37,316 nt of DNA. It comes from a virus. Taxonomy: Duplodnaviria; Heunggongvirae; Uroviricota; Caudoviricetes. The stretch lies in IMG/VR virus record IMGVR_UViG_2537561977_000024; one strand, given 5' to 3'. The notes beneath the pieces were generated by a model. The model was given only the letters and a program-made list of their open reading frames with translations, had not been told where the DNA came from and made no database searches. The position numbers were made by a program, and so were the translations under genes. Positions 1-10,738 of this stretch are shown here, piece by piece; position 1 is the stretch's first letter, and each line of letters opens with the position of its first letter.

Positions 1-258
1 ATGCAAACCGTTATTTTTGGTCGTTCGGGTTGCCCTTACTGTGTGCGTGCAAAAGATCTGGCTGAGAAATTGAGCAATGAACGCGATGATTTTCAGTATC
101 AGTATGTAGATATTCGTGCGGAAGGGATCACTAAAGAAGATCTACAACAAAAGGCAGGTAAACCCGTAGAAACCGTGCCGCAGATTTTTGTCGATCAGCA
201 ACATATCGGCGGCTATACCGATTTTGCTGCATGGGTGAAAGAAAATCTGGACGCCTGA
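1..258 (+). CDS. grxA: glutaredoxin 1
   Basis: 85-aa ORF with CPYC redox motif; matches E. coli GrxA as recalled; followed by a terminator. Confidence 0.93.
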   Translation: MQTVIFGRSGCPYCVRAKDLAEKLSNERDDFQYQYVDIRAEGITKEDLQQKAGKPVETVPQIFVDQQHIGGYTDFAAWVKENLDA

Positions 259-267
259 TCGTCTGAC

Positions 268-300
268 AAGCCCTCGCGTTGAGGGCTTTACTGATTTTTT
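268..300 (+). terminator. rho-independent terminator downstream of grxA
   Basis: GC stem aagccctc/gagggctt with 5-nt loop, then T-run at 295-300. Confidence 0.55.
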
Positions 301-665
301 CTGTGCTGTGGTTTAAACAAACTACTGATAAATAAGAAACACAGTGCCCCCAGCGCACACCAGAACACCGCGCTTAGTAACCATGCCAGCTCTTGCCAGA
401 ATGAGCGCGTCGGTGAAAAAAACAGCCGCATAATGAGCATTGAACAGGGTGCCGCCAGCATTGCGCCAAATAGAGGTTTCAGGACTTCTCTACGCTGTGA
501 AAAGAAACTGGCAACTGCTCCAGGAAGAATGAAAAACAGCAAGCCGATTTCAGGATGCCCGGCAGCCCGAAAAGCGCCTTTCATGTGCGTCGCCAGAAAA
601 AGGCACACCACAATGAAGAGGACAAAACAGCAGATTGCCCCCGCCCAACGTTGTTTATGTTTCAC
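288..665 (-). CDS. ybjM: inner membrane protein YbjM
   Basis: 125-aa hydrophobic ORF in the conserved position between grxA and ybjL. Confidence 0.8.
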   Translation of the reverse strand: MKHKQRWAGAICCFVLFIVVCLFLATHMKGAFRAAGHPEIGLLFFILPGAVASFFSQRREVLKPLFGAMLAAPCSMLIMRLFFSPTRSFWQELAWLLSAVFWCALGALCFLFISSLFKPQHRKNQ

Positions 666-934
666 TCGTTCCTCCTGACACTGCGTCTATCGAACACATT
701 TTTCGCCAGTGTGGCGTTCAGTAAGATAAAGCCGCTTCGCATTCCATGCTAATATAGGCCAACGCAATTCATATAGCCGTTGATACCTAATGTGATTACA
801 CTAGTAAAATATATTGTTACTTTACTATCGTTTAGGTGCGCTGAATGAATCTGCGCCCTGAATTCTGGTAAAAAACATTATCGTAAATTACCATTTCTTT
901 CAACAGCTTACTAGTAAACAAGAAGTTAGCCTCC

Positions 935-2620
935 GTGAATATAAACGTCGCCGAATTGTTAAATGGGAATTACATTCTGTTATTATTTGTGGTCCTCGCG
1001 CTTGGGCTATGTCTCGGAAAGTTACGACTTGGTTCGATCCAACTGGGTAATTCCATTGGCGTTTTAGTCGTATCGCTGTTATTAGGCCAACAACATTTCA
1101 GCATTAACACCGATGCGCTTAATCTTGGCTTTATGCTGTTTATTTTCTGCGTCGGGGTCGAAGCCGGACCGAACTTTTTTTCCATTTTTTTTCGCGATGG
1201 GAAAAATTACCTAATGTTAGCACTGGTGATGGTTGGCAGTGCGCTGGTGATCGCCTTAGGGTTAGGTAAGCTGTTTGGCTGGGATATTGGCCTGACGGCC
1301 GGTATGTTAGCAGGCTCTATGACGTCGACACCGGTTCTGGTCGGTGCTGGCGATACACTGCGTCATTCCGGCATGGAAAGCAGGCAGCTCTCACTGGCAC
1401 TGGATAATCTGAGCCTCGGGTATGCCTTAACCTATTTAATCGGTCTGGTGAGTTTGATTGTTGGTGCGCGTTACTTGCCGAAATTGCAGCATCAGGACTT
1501 ACAGACCAGCGCCCAGCAAATCGCCCGCGAACGTGGCCTGGACACTGATGCCAACCGTAAGGTTTATTTACCGGTGATCCGCGCCTATCGCGTCGGCCCG
1601 GAGCTGGTGGCCTGGACCGACGGCAAAAATCTGCGTGAACTGGGTATTTATCGACAAACCGGCTGCTACATTGAACGTATTCGACGTAACGGGATTCTGG
1701 CAAATCCAGACGGTGATGCCGTGCTACAAATGGGCGATGAAATAGCGTTGGTAGGCTATCCCGACGCCCATGCCCGACTCGATCCCAGCTTCCGTAACGG
1801 TAAAGAAGTTTTCGATCGTGACCTTCTCGACATGCGTATCGTCACTGAAGAAGTGGTCGTTAAAAACCATAACGCTGTAGGTAAACGTCTCGCACAACTG
1901 AAGTTGACCGATCACGGTTGCTTCCTTAACCGCGTCATTCGTAGCCAGATTGAGATGCCGATAGATGACAACGTCGTGCTTAACAAAGGTGACGTTTTAC
2001 AAGTCAGCGGTGATGCCCGTCGCGTAAAAACCATCGCCGATCGCATCGGCTTTATCTCGATTCACAGCCAGGTCACTGACCTGCTGGCATTTTGCGCCTT
2101 CTTTGTTATTGGGCTGATGATCGGGATGATCACCTTCCAGTTCAGCACATTCAGTTTCGGCATGGGGAACGCTGCCGGGTTGTTATTCGCCGGAATTATG
2201 CTGGGCTTTATGCGTGCTAACCACCCGACCTTCGGTTACATTCCGCAAGGTGCATTAAGCATGGTGAAAGAGTTCGGCTTGATGGTGTTTATGGCAGGCG
2301 TTGGTCTGAGCGCCGGTAGCGGTATTAATAACGGCCTGGGCGCGATTGGCGGTCAGATGTTGATTGCCGGATTAATTGTCAGTCTTGTGCCCGTGGTTAT
2401 CTGTTTCTTGTTCGGTGCTTATGTATTGCGAATGAACCGCGCACTGTTGTTCGGCGCAATGATGGGCGCACGCACCTGCGCGCCGGCAATGGAGATCATC
2501 AGTGATACAGCTCGCAGTAACATCCCTGCGCTGGGCTATGCGGGCACCTACGCAATCGCCAACGTCCTGCTGACGCTGGCAGGGACAATCATCGTCATGG
2601 TATGGCCAGGATTAGGATAA
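935..2620 (+). CDS. ybjL: putative AAE-family transporter YbjL
   Basis: 561-aa ORF with two membrane domains flanking central soluble (TrkA-C-like) region; matches E. coli YbjL in length and N-terminus. Confidence 0.88.
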
Positions 2621-2732
2621 AACTGAAGTTGCCCTGAAAATGAAATTTTTTTGCACAACCGCAGAACTTTTCCGCAGGGCATCAGTCTTAATTAGTGCCA
2701 CTGCTTTTCTTTGATGTCCCCATTTTGTGGAG

Positions 2733-2776
2733 CCCATCAACCCCGCCATTTCGGTTCAAGGTTGATGGGTTTTTTG
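2733..2776 (+). terminator. hairpin plus T-run downstream of ybjL, probably the chromosomal side of the prophage junction
   Basis: 10-bp perfect stem cccatcaacc/ggttgatggg followed by ttttttgtt. Confidence 0.5.
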
Positions 2777-2855
2777 TTGCCTGAAATTTAAGCTGTTTAA
2801 AATCATGATGTTAGAAACACTGTTTTTTAACGATGGCGACAAAATGGCGGCAGCG

Positions 2856-3074
2856 TCAAAGAGAGAGCGCCACCTGTCCTGATTTCATTGGATGCGGCTG
2901 AACCGGATTTGACTCTTTTGGCGTTGCAATCGAACGAACAAAAGTTTCATGGGTAACAAAAGTATGGCTGCAGTTAATGTTCTGGCACTGGTTGTAACGC
3001 TCTTTGGTCAATGAAGATACCTGAAAACTGCTGCGAGTATGGGCGGCACTTCCACACAGTGGGCAAATCATCAT
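2856..3074 (-). CDS. ogr: Ogr-family zinc-finger late transcription activator
   Basis: CPLC...HxR...CxNxxC pattern like P2 Ogr / 186 B; start set at internal Met by comparison with the ~72-aa Ogr. Confidence 0.85.
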   Translation of the reverse strand: MMICPLCGSAAHTRSSFQVSSLTKERYNQCQNINCSHTFVTHETFVRSIATPKESNPVQPHPMKSGQVALSL

Positions 3075-3164
3075 TTTTCGAGTTCTCCCCATTTTTGCTA
3101 AATTCACAATAATGATACCGCATTATTCCATTTTGCAAACTTAAAAGTTCTCCATTGCGAAGAA

Positions 3165-4265
3165 TCATTCCATTTCGAAATCATCAATCCTCACTTCAAG
3201 CTCCAGACTGGTTGTAAAACCGTTATCGGGGCTGACGGTATGCGTCAGAGTCGTAATGGTCCATTCCGCATCATCTATCGGCTGTTTAAAGCCACTGACT
3301 TTCACTGGCATTTCCGTGTAGAGATCTGCCCGACCTTCAGCCAGTTGTAGCGAGAATGACGCAACGCCGCGTTGCAGGCGTTCCCACTGCATTTTCGCCG
3401 CCCGTTCGGCGTTGCTCCGGTTGGCATAGGTGCGATTAAGTACCAGCACGTTTTCATCTGTACCCACCAGGTAATCGCCCTGCTTCGCTTCCGGCTCTTT
3501 CTTCTGCTTCTTAGTCCTGCGCTTACGCTTCACCGTGGTGCTTTCATTCTTCGCGGGTTCGCGGGTATGCAACCAGCTGGCAATTACGCCCGTGTAGGCT
3601 CCGCGATCTGCCAGGGTAAAGCGGTGACTGTCGCCGTCCTTACGTGTGATAGTGATAACCGGTAGTGGTTTACCGCTGGCGCTTTTACTCTGTCCCTGCC
3701 GGATGAATAACAGATTGCCATTTTTCACCGACGCAATAGCACCGTACTGGCGCGCCAGCCGCATCAGAAAACTGCCGTCACTCTCATTGGTCTGGTCTAT
3801 ATGTTCCACGGGTTTATCTGACAGGTCTTTACCCAATGCCATCTTCAGTTTGTGCCGCACAGCTATTTCCTTCACCACTTCCCCGACGGTGGTCTTGTGC
3901 CACGACTTTTCACGGCGGGTATTCAGCGTTTCACGAAAATCAGCACTTCGCGCCCGGATAGTCAGGCGGTCCGGTGCGCCAGTGTGTTCAATCTCGTCCA
4001 CCGTGAATGCCCCTTTCGGGAAAAGCGGCTGCCCCTTCCAGCCCAGCGCCAGCGTAATAACCGCACCACGGCGCGGCAGCACGATTTTTCCGTCGGCGTC
4101 GTCCAGCTCCAGATCAAGCTGGTCCGCTTCAAAGCCCCGATTGTCCGTCAGCGTCAAACTCATCAGGCGGTTATCCAGCACAGTGGTGATATCCCTGCCC
4201 TCAATACTGATGCTGAATGCGGGAGTTTTGTTGCCTTTGTTAAGCAGTTCAGAGCTGAAATTCAT
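3165..4265 (-). CDS. D: P2 gpD-like tail protein
   Basis: 366-aa ORF in conserved position and order; length like P2 D. Confidence 0.85.
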   Translation of the reverse strand: MNFSSELLNKGNKTPAFSISIEGRDITTVLDNRLMSLTLTDNRGFEADQLDLELDDADGKIVLPRRGAVITLALGWKGQPLFPKGAFTVDEIEHTGAPDRLTIRARSADFRETLNTRREKSWHKTTVGEVVKEIAVRHKLKMALGKDLSDKPVEHIDQTNESDGSFLMRLARQYGAIASVKNGNLLFIRQGQSKSASGKPLPVITITRKDGDSHRFTLADRGAYTGVIASWLHTREPAKNESTTVKRKRRTKKQKKEPEAKQGDYLVGTDENVLVLNRTYANRSNAERAAKMQWERLQRGVASFSLQLAEGRADLYTEMPVKVSGFKQPIDDAEWTITTLTHTVSPDNGFTTSLELEVRIDDFEME

Positions 4266-4747
4266 GACAGCAGCCCTCCCACCGTTTTACTGATATCGCT
4301 TAAGGCAGACGTTGCTGTGTCCTGCAGATTATTCAGTTGCGCACTGAGATCACCGAATATATCGGACAGGGATTCATCCACCCGTTTGAGCGACAGGGTG
4401 AACTCAATCCGGCGCGGCCTACCGTCGCGGAAAAACTCCGTTTTAGTCTGATTCAGTCCCTCAATCACATACATGCCATAAATCGTGCCACTGCCTTCAA
4501 TCAGGGGCCATGCTTTCCCCTGTTCTGCCATCTGCTCCAGTGCCAGCAACGACAGCCTGCCACCTGTTATCTCCGGCATAAGAACACCGGAAAGCGTCAG
4601 CATGTCGTTGTCCGGTCCCAGAAACTGCGTGGACGGACGTCGGTTTACCCGGCTGTTTGCCGCATGTCGCCAGCTGCGTTGATACTGCAGCTCCTGATAC
4701 GGCACGGTGCGCAGCATAAACACGTACAATCCCAGCACCATCATCAT
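4262..4747 (-). CDS. U: P2 gpU-like tail protein
   Basis: 161-aa ORF overlapping D start by 4 bp; synteny. Confidence 0.85.
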   Translation of the reverse strand: MMMVLGLYVFMLRTVPYQELQYQRSWRHAANSRVNRRPSTQFLGPDNDMLTLSGVLMPEITGGRLSLLALEQMAEQGKAWPLIEGSGTIYGMYVIEGLNQTKTEFFRDGRPRRIEFTLSLKRVDESLSDIFGDLSAQLNNLQDTATSALSDISKTVGGLLS

Positions 4748-7700
4748 GCGTCGTATCCCCCCTGATCGCTGTAGTTACTCCTGGCTTTTGCCTTCAGCCT
4801 GCGTTCACGTTCATCAAGCTGGCGGGCCACCTCCCGCGCAATATCCTGCGCACTTTGTCCTGGCTGTGTCTGGATGATGATCTGCGTCGGTGCTTCAATC
4901 CGGTAAATGGGCGGCACAGTAGCTGCACGACTCACCATCGCTTCACCGCCTTTTGCGGGAAGCGCCAAAGGATGCAACGGTGGAAGCTCTGCTGGCGCGG
5001 CAGCAACACCCATCATTCCGGCGACAACGGCAGCCAGTGCAGCTGTATTTCTCCGGCTGGTCACGTTTGCCGGGCCGTTAACAATTTCCGGCCCGTTTTC
5101 ACCGACGATGCCAAACTGCCCGCGCGGGATATAGCCGCCGCTGTCATACATCCCCGCAAAGCCATATCCCCATGACGGAAAATCACCCGATGGCATCATC
5201 ACTTTACCGTCTGCATTCACCGTCGCAGGTTGCTGACGCGTCACGCTTTCCGGCAGTTTCGCCTTTGCAGCCTCTTTACTGACAATGCCGAGTTTCTCCA
5301 GCAACCAGGAAACGCCGGATTTCAGGGAGTCCAGCGGATGCATGACCATATTCAGCCCTTCTGCCAGTGCCTCCCCGAATCGTCGCCCCATTGCCGCTGC
5401 GCTCTGCAGTTCGGCAGAGGTCGACTTAACGGGCGTCAGCAGATCAGTAAACCAGCCCCACAGCGCCTGCACTTTGTCGCCAATCCACTGGAACACGGGC
5501 TTAAGCGGTTCGAACGCTGCACTGATGGGACCTGCCGCCGCTTTGAATCCTTCCACCACGCCACCGAGAAATGCGGTGATGGGTTGCCAGTATTTCCAGA
5601 CAACCAGCGCCACGCCCGCCAGTGCAGTAACCACAAGACCTATCGGACTGAGCAGAGCACCTAACAGACCAGATATGGCATACAGGGCAACGCGCAGCAT
5701 CGCCAGTGGACCAGATGCCAGTACTCGCAGCACCGTGCCTGCGGCGGCCAGTCCACCGCGCAGTACCGCCAGAGGATTCATAAACATCACAGCAACAGCA
5801 CGTAAACCGGATAATCCAGACCGCAAAAGTGCAACCGGCGCACCTGCTACAGTTTTCAGGACATTTTCCGTCAGTGATGCCGTGCGGCGCAAAGACGACA
5901 ACGGCGCAGTAAGTAAACCTGCGGCGTTGCCCGATGAAGCAAGCCCGCGTCGCAGCAGTGCCAGTGGCGCGCCAGCCAGCCAGGACAACGCGCTGCTGGT
6001 TCGAGTTACTGCTGCCGTAACGGAAGATAACGTTTTGATACCCAACACAGAGAATCCCAGACGGATCACTGCCAGCGGCCCCAGCACTGCAGCCAGCGCC
6101 ACCGCTAAGGTGCCGAGGCCCACGGTAACGGCAGCCACCACAGCGGCTACTTTCATCAGTGTGCCCGTCAGTTCCGGGTTAGCTTCCACCCAACGACGCG
6201 ACGCTCCCGTGACGCTTTTCACCATGTACAGAATATCCATCAGCGGCTGGCGCAGCGTTTCGCCCAGGCTGCTGAAGGTGTTCTGCGCTCCGGTTTTGAC
6301 CAGCAACCACTGCGCAGAAAGTGAGTCCTTGTTAATGTCGGATTCTTTCTGCATGGAGCCGAGCGCATCATTGCCCGCTGTCAGTTTTAACTGGCGCTGC
6401 AGTTCCGGCAGGTTGTTTGCCAGTTTCGCCGCGTCATCGCCAAACTCTTTACCAAACAACATGGTCATGGCAGACAGACGTTTATCCTGCGGCAGTGCGT
6501 TCACCTTCTCCAGTACGCGCTGGATAGTTCCCATCGCATCCTTCGTCATCTGCTTTTCAATCACTTCAGGGTTGAGTTTCAGCAGATTCATTCCTTCAAA
6601 GAAACTCTTGCTTTGCATGGTGGCAATAGACAATTCACGCACCATCGCGTTGGCTGCACTGGCTGCAACCTCCGGCGCAGCACCCAGTGTCAGGAAGGTG
6701 GAACCCAGCGCCGCCGCTTTACGATAATCCAGACGATCAGCCACACCGCCCAGGCGTTGCATGACATCAATGATGTCTGCCCCTTTCGACATGGCGTTAT
6801 CATCCAGATAGTTCAGCGCATCACCGAGCTGTTCAATATTGCGGGTAGGGATTTTGTAGAGCTGGGCGATTTTGCCCAGACTTTCTGACAGTTCATCCGC
6901 TGGCAGCTCAAAGGCTGTTGCCGCCTTTGCTGCCGTGCTGGCGAAGGCCAGCAGATCACGTTTCTGGTCTTCCCAGCTGTCGTCAGGGTTTGCGACGTTC
7001 ATGCGCGCACCACCTTCAACCAGTGCAGCGAAATCCACCGCACCGTTTTCCATCGGCAACTGTTCGCTGGCAGCCTTGATGGCATCCTGCATTTCATAAA
7101 AACGTGCAGTGCGGTTGCCATTATCGTCACGCAGACCATTGACCTGCTTTGCCACACCTTTCATGGCATCTTCCATGCTGGTATAGCTTTTTACTGCCGC
7201 CATCACTGGTGCGCCCATTGCCAGCCCTGCAGCCGTGGTGGTGGCTCCGGCACCTGCAATCCGATCCCTTACTTCAAGACGCCTGGCGTAAGCCCCTCGG
7301 GCGGCGTGCATTTTTCGCTGTTGCTCCCCGACACGTCGTAACCTCGCTTCCTGCTCAGAAAGCTGCCTGTTATAACGCATCGTTTCACGGGTAATGCGGG
7401 CCGTCGCACTGGCACCATCATTAGCTGAAATACCAGCACGATAAAGTTCTGCACGCACAAGCGCCGTCTGCTGCTGCAGCTTTTTCTGGCGTTCTTCCAG
7501 GCGCTGAACAGCCAGCCGTTGACGGCCCAGAGCAACAACCTGACGTTGCGAAGGCGGCCCCATCGCTCCCAGTTCCTGACTGAGCAAATTTGCACGCTGG
7601 CGGGCATAGCTCAGCCTGTCGCCTAATTTCTGATTTTCTGCCTGCAGCTTTCGGAAGCTGTCCAGACTGCTCCCGGCCTGATCAAGCTGCTTTATTGCAT

Positions 7701-7833
7701 CGCGGGATTTTTTGACAGCAGCAGCCAGTTCTCTTGAACTGGCCTGCGCAGATCGAAATGGGCGGGTGAGCTTGTCAACCGCATTAAGAATGACCTGCAG
7801 ACGCAGGTTATTGTCACTCATGGCTGGCCCCAC
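4744..7833 (-). CDS. T: tail tape measure protein
   Basis: 1029-aa Ala/Leu/Gly-rich ORF with coiled-coil N-region between E/E' and U. Confidence 0.9.
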   Translation of the reverse strand: MGPAMSDNNLRLQVILNAVDKLTRPFRSAQASSRELAAAVKKSRDAIKQLDQAGSSLDSFRKLQAENQKLGDRLSYARQRANLLSQELGAMGPPSQRQVVALGRQRLAVQRLEERQKKLQQQTALVRAELYRAGISANDGASATARITRETMRYNRQLSEQEARLRRVGEQQRKMHAARGAYARRLEVRDRIAGAGATTTAAGLAMGAPVMAAVKSYTSMEDAMKGVAKQVNGLRDDNGNRTARFYEMQDAIKAASEQLPMENGAVDFAALVEGGARMNVANPDDSWEDQKRDLLAFASTAAKAATAFELPADELSESLGKIAQLYKIPTRNIEQLGDALNYLDDNAMSKGADIIDVMQRLGGVADRLDYRKAAALGSTFLTLGAAPEVAASAANAMVRELSIATMQSKSFFEGMNLLKLNPEVIEKQMTKDAMGTIQRVLEKVNALPQDKRLSAMTMLFGKEFGDDAAKLANNLPELQRQLKLTAGNDALGSMQKESDINKDSLSAQWLLVKTGAQNTFSSLGETLRQPLMDILYMVKSVTGASRRWVEANPELTGTLMKVAAVVAAVTVGLGTLAVALAAVLGPLAVIRLGFSVLGIKTLSSVTAAVTRTSSALSWLAGAPLALLRRGLASSGNAAGLLTAPLSSLRRTASLTENVLKTVAGAPVALLRSGLSGLRAVAVMFMNPLAVLRGGLAAAGTVLRVLASGPLAMLRVALYAISGLLGALLSPIGLVVTALAGVALVVWKYWQPITAFLGGVVEGFKAAAGPISAAFEPLKPVFQWIGDKVQALWGWFTDLLTPVKSTSAELQSAAAMGRRFGEALAEGLNMVMHPLDSLKSGVSWLLEKLGIVSKEAAKAKLPESVTRQQPATVNADGKVMMPSGDFPSWGYGFAGMYDSGGYIPRGQFGIVGENGPEIVNGPANVTSRRNTAALAAVVAGMMGVAAAPAELPPLHPLALPAKGGEAMVSRAATVPPIYRIEAPTQIIIQTQPGQSAQDIAREVARQLDERERRLKAKARSNYSDQGGYDA

Positions 7834-8250
7834 TTCTCTGAATCGCTTTATACCGCCATTCCAGCACTTCGGTCAGCGGCATAACGTCAGTAACGGATGG
7901 CGGCCAGTGAAAGATGGTGGCGATATCAGCCACCAGATCGTCAACCGTCAGGCTGTCGGTAAACCGGCAAGCACCGACTTCTTCAACAAAAAAGTGACAA
8001 CCTCAACCGACATGGCAGTGAGATCTGCCGGGTCCATCTCTGCAATTTCCTGTGCAGTCAGTGCCGGACTGGAGATGCGGGGGATCACGGTCATCATCGC
8101 GTTCACATCCATATCCATAATGGCCTGCAGGCGTGTGCCGCGCAGCGCACCGGACTGCGGTTTACGCAGCACAATTTCGGTGATTTCTGTTTTACCGCGC
8201 TTGATGGGGGTATCCAGTTGAATAGTCTTTTCAGTCTGCTTATCGCTCAT
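7826..8250 (-). CDS. tail assembly chaperone E+E' fusion product made by -1 frameshift
   Basis: Shifting -1 at TTTTTTG continues the ORF to a TGA overlapping the T start codon, as in P2 E/E'. Confidence 0.6.
7948..8250 (-). CDS. E: tail assembly chaperone E
   Basis: 100-aa ORF upstream of T; ends just after slippery site. Confidence 0.8.
   Translation of the reverse strand: MSDKQTEKTIQLDTPIKRGKTEITEIVLRKPQSGALRGTRLQAIMDMDVNAMMTVIPRISSPALTAQEIAEMDPADLTAMSVEVVTFLLKKSVLAGLPTA
7987..7993 (-). promoter_or_regulatory. programmed -1 ribosomal frameshift slippery heptamer T6G
   Basis: minus-strand TTTTTTG inside codons ACT TTT TTG of gene E. Confidence 0.6.
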
Positions 8251-8304
8251 TTTGCTGTCCTGTAAATTGGGTTCTGGCGCGGTATCCCGCGCCGTTCAGA
8301 TACA

Positions 8305-8820
8305 TCAGAGGCCGAGGGCGTTACGGTGCGCTTCCATCAGGTCCACACCGTCCACAATTTCCACCATGTTGATAAGGTCCACTTCATAGAGCACCTCACC
8401 ATTTATAGTCAGCTTCGCGTAGCTGTTGGTACTGGTCACTTTGGTGGTGTTGCTTTCGCCCGTCTTCCACTCGCCGGAATCCACTTCTTTGTGACGTCCA
8501 CGCACCACAAGCTCCACGGCCTGCACTTCCCCGGTATCGTCACGCTGGATAGAGCCGGTAAAGCGCAACTGGATACCATCCACCGTGGCTTTGCCCATCT
8601 GCTTAAACAGCAGCAGTTCAGTACCACCAATGGAAAATTCCGTATCCAGTGCGCCGTCATCCAGCCCCAGATCCACATCCACTGCACCCGGCATTCCGCC
8701 GCCGCGATACTTCTCATATTTGCGGGTAAATTTCGGCAGCGTCAGCGACTCAACGATCCCCTGCCAGTTGTTCCCGTCATTAAACAGGTTCAGGTGTTTT
8801 AATTTGCGTGGTAAAGCCAT
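8305..8820 (-). CDS. FII: tail tube protein FII
   Basis: 171-aa ORF, same length class and position as P2 FII. Confidence 0.88.
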   Translation of the reverse strand: MALPRKLKHLNLFNDGNNWQGIVESLTLPKFTRKYEKYRGGGMPGAVDVDLGLDDGALDTEFSIGGTELLLFKQMGKATVDGIQLRFTGSIQRDDTGEVQAVELVVRGRHKEVDSGEWKTGESNTTKVTSTNSYAKLTINGEVLYEVDLINMVEIVDGVDLMEAHRNALGL

Positions 8821-8829
8821 GTTGTCCCC

Positions 8830-10002
8830 TTACGCGCTGACCTGGCTGGAGAAATTCACCAGGTACTGATCGGTGATGCGCTGACGCAGCATCAGGTTTT
8901 CAAGTGGCGGCACTGGCGTGTAGTCGTAGTCGATGGTGAGTTTTCCGGCTTTCAGCGTGTCTTTGTCGTTCACCGACTCATCCAGCCAGCAATCACCACC
9001 AATGAGATAGCCCTGACTGACCAGGCTGCGCATTTTGGCGCGGATACCCTCGATAATGTCGCGGGCCAGCGACGGATTCAGCGGTTTATCCACCGCCCAC
9101 ATGTGCGCTTCTGCCATCGTGTCCGTCAGCACCTGCGCCGTGCGGGTGTAGTTTTCGAAGGCAAAGAGCGGGTCATCACTCAGGCAGCGGGAACCCCAGA
9201 AGCGAAAACCGTCTTTGCGGATAAGGGTGGTGACGTCGTTCTGGTTCAGCAGTCCCGCATCGGTTGCCGGGTCCTGCAGATCCCAGAACACATCAGCAGA
9301 AATTCCGGTGACACCGTTAACGCCCACGTTGGACAGGCTTTTGTGCCATCCGGTCTGCTCGTCAATTTTGGCGCGCAGACCAAGCGCACGGGCGGTGGCA
9401 TAAGCCGTTGCTTCGGCATTCAGCACCGTGTCCCAGCCAGTAAAGTCGGGCCAGATCAGCATTCCTTCACGCTGACTGAAGTTTTCACGGTAAGTGATTG
9501 CTTCCTGCACCGTCTTGCAACCATACGCTGACAGGTAAGCAAATCCACGCAGGCTTTGCGCCACGCTCAGCAACTCAGTAGCTACCGCCTTCGTGTCGTG
9601 ACCTGGCACGCCGAGAATGCGCGGTTTAACGCCGAGCTGTGACTGGGCAGATAACAGGGCTTTCATGCCTGTTTTTTTACCTTCAGCGGTCACTGCTCCG
9701 ATGATATTGGTCGTGGTTTCTTCTTCCGTTTCACCCTGCGGCACACGCACAACAACGGTCACGGGTTTTGCCTGGTCAGCGATGGCATCCAGCGAACGAG
9801 CCAGCGTGCCTGACTCACCCGCTTTACCGCTGGCAGTCAGCACATCCGTGATCAGCACGGGTTTATTAAGAGGAAACATTTTTGCATCGGCATCATCGCC
9901 CGTGCAGACCATACCCACGATGGCGGTGCTCACCGTGGTAATGGATCGGGTGCCTTCGTTGACTTCAACAACGCGCACCCCGTGGTGGTAATCCTGAGCC
10001 AT
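8830..10002 (-). CDS. FI: contractile tail sheath protein FI
   Basis: 390-aa ORF, position and length like P2 FI. Confidence 0.9.
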   Translation of the reverse strand: MAQDYHHGVRVVEVNEGTRSITTVSTAIVGMVCTGDDADAKMFPLNKPVLITDVLTASGKAGESGTLARSLDAIADQAKPVTVVVRVPQGETEEETTTNIIGAVTAEGKKTGMKALLSAQSQLGVKPRILGVPGHDTKAVATELLSVAQSLRGFAYLSAYGCKTVQEAITYRENFSQREGMLIWPDFTGWDTVLNAEATAYATARALGLRAKIDEQTGWHKSLSNVGVNGVTGISADVFWDLQDPATDAGLLNQNDVTTLIRKDGFRFWGSRCLSDDPLFAFENYTRTAQVLTDTMAEAHMWAVDKPLNPSLARDIIEGIRAKMRSLVSQGYLIGGDCWLDESVNDKDTLKAGKLTIDYDYTPVPPLENLMLRQRITDQYLVNFSSQVSA

Positions 10003-10078
10003 AGTGGCGAACCTCCTGATTGGATTAGGCTTCGCCCTATGTTGAAGTGATTGTGCCTGACAAACAGCTAAGCGCAGT

Positions 10079-10096
10079 TGTACCGTTATTCACACA
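10079..10096. promoter_or_regulatory. TGT-N12-ACA late-promoter activator site (PF-like)
   Basis: TGTACCGTTATTCACACA ~85 bp upstream of FI start; same dyad motif recurs upstream of V and in O/P region. Confidence 0.5.
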
Positions 10097-10144
10097 AAAT
10101 GACGGTATTTGTCTGCTTTCAGGGATAATCAAAATAAAGCTGAT

Positions 10145-10711
10145 TCAGGGAGATTTATTGTTCTTATTTGCCGGAAATTTTCGATAAATGGTAGAAACGC
10201 CTACATCAAAAATCAGTGCAATACGCTGTCTTGATTCTCCGGCCTCGAGTAAACGCCCAATCTGTGCCCACTGTTCGCTGGTCAACTTAGGACGGCGTCC
10301 ACCTACTCTGCCTTTAGCACGAGCTGCAGCCAGCCCCGCCCTGGTACGTTCAACTATCAGTTCGCGTTCCATTTCAGCCAGGGCACCCATGACATGAAAA
10401 AAGAAACGGCCCATTGGGGTACTGGTATCAATACTGTCAGTCAGGCTTCGGAAATTCACGCCACGCTGGCGCAGCTCTTCTATCAGCGTAACAAGATGCC
10501 GCATACTGCGCCCCAGTCTGTCCAGCTTCCAGACAACCAGCGTGTCTCCTGCCGATAGTGTCCTGAGCAGCTTTTTCAGCCCCGGTCTGTCGGACTTGGT
10601 GCCACTGATTTTATCCTCAAAAATCCGCTCACATCCCGCACAGTTCAGTGCATTGCGTTGCAAATCGGTGTTCTGGTCATTTGTTGACACGCGTACATAG
10701 CCAATAAGCAT
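10145..10711 (-). CDS. Gin/Pin/Cin-family serine DNA invertase
   Basis: N-terminus MLIGYVRVSTNDQNTDLQRNAL... with catalytic Ser and C-terminal HTH; near-identical in pattern to Gin/Pin as recalled. Confidence 0.9.
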   Translation of the reverse strand: MLIGYVRVSTNDQNTDLQRNALNCAGCERIFEDKISGTKSDRPGLKKLLRTLSAGDTLVVWKLDRLGRSMRHLVTLIEELRQRGVNFRSLTDSIDTSTPMGRFFFHVMGALAEMERELIVERTRAGLAAARAKGRVGGRRPKLTSEQWAQIGRLLEAGESRQRIALIFDVGVSTIYRKFPANKNNKSP

Positions 10712-10738
10712 GATCATCCCCCTGAATAAAAACCGGAG

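Noticed and set aside
3646-4451. Two plus-strand ORFs of 215 and 199 aa
   Set aside because: Antisense to tail gene D and U; no ribosome-binding sites and no family resemblance.
5285-6727. 480-aa plus-strand ORF
   Set aside because: Antisense shadow of the tape-measure gene in GC-rich DNA; Ala/Ser/Pro-rich with no start context.
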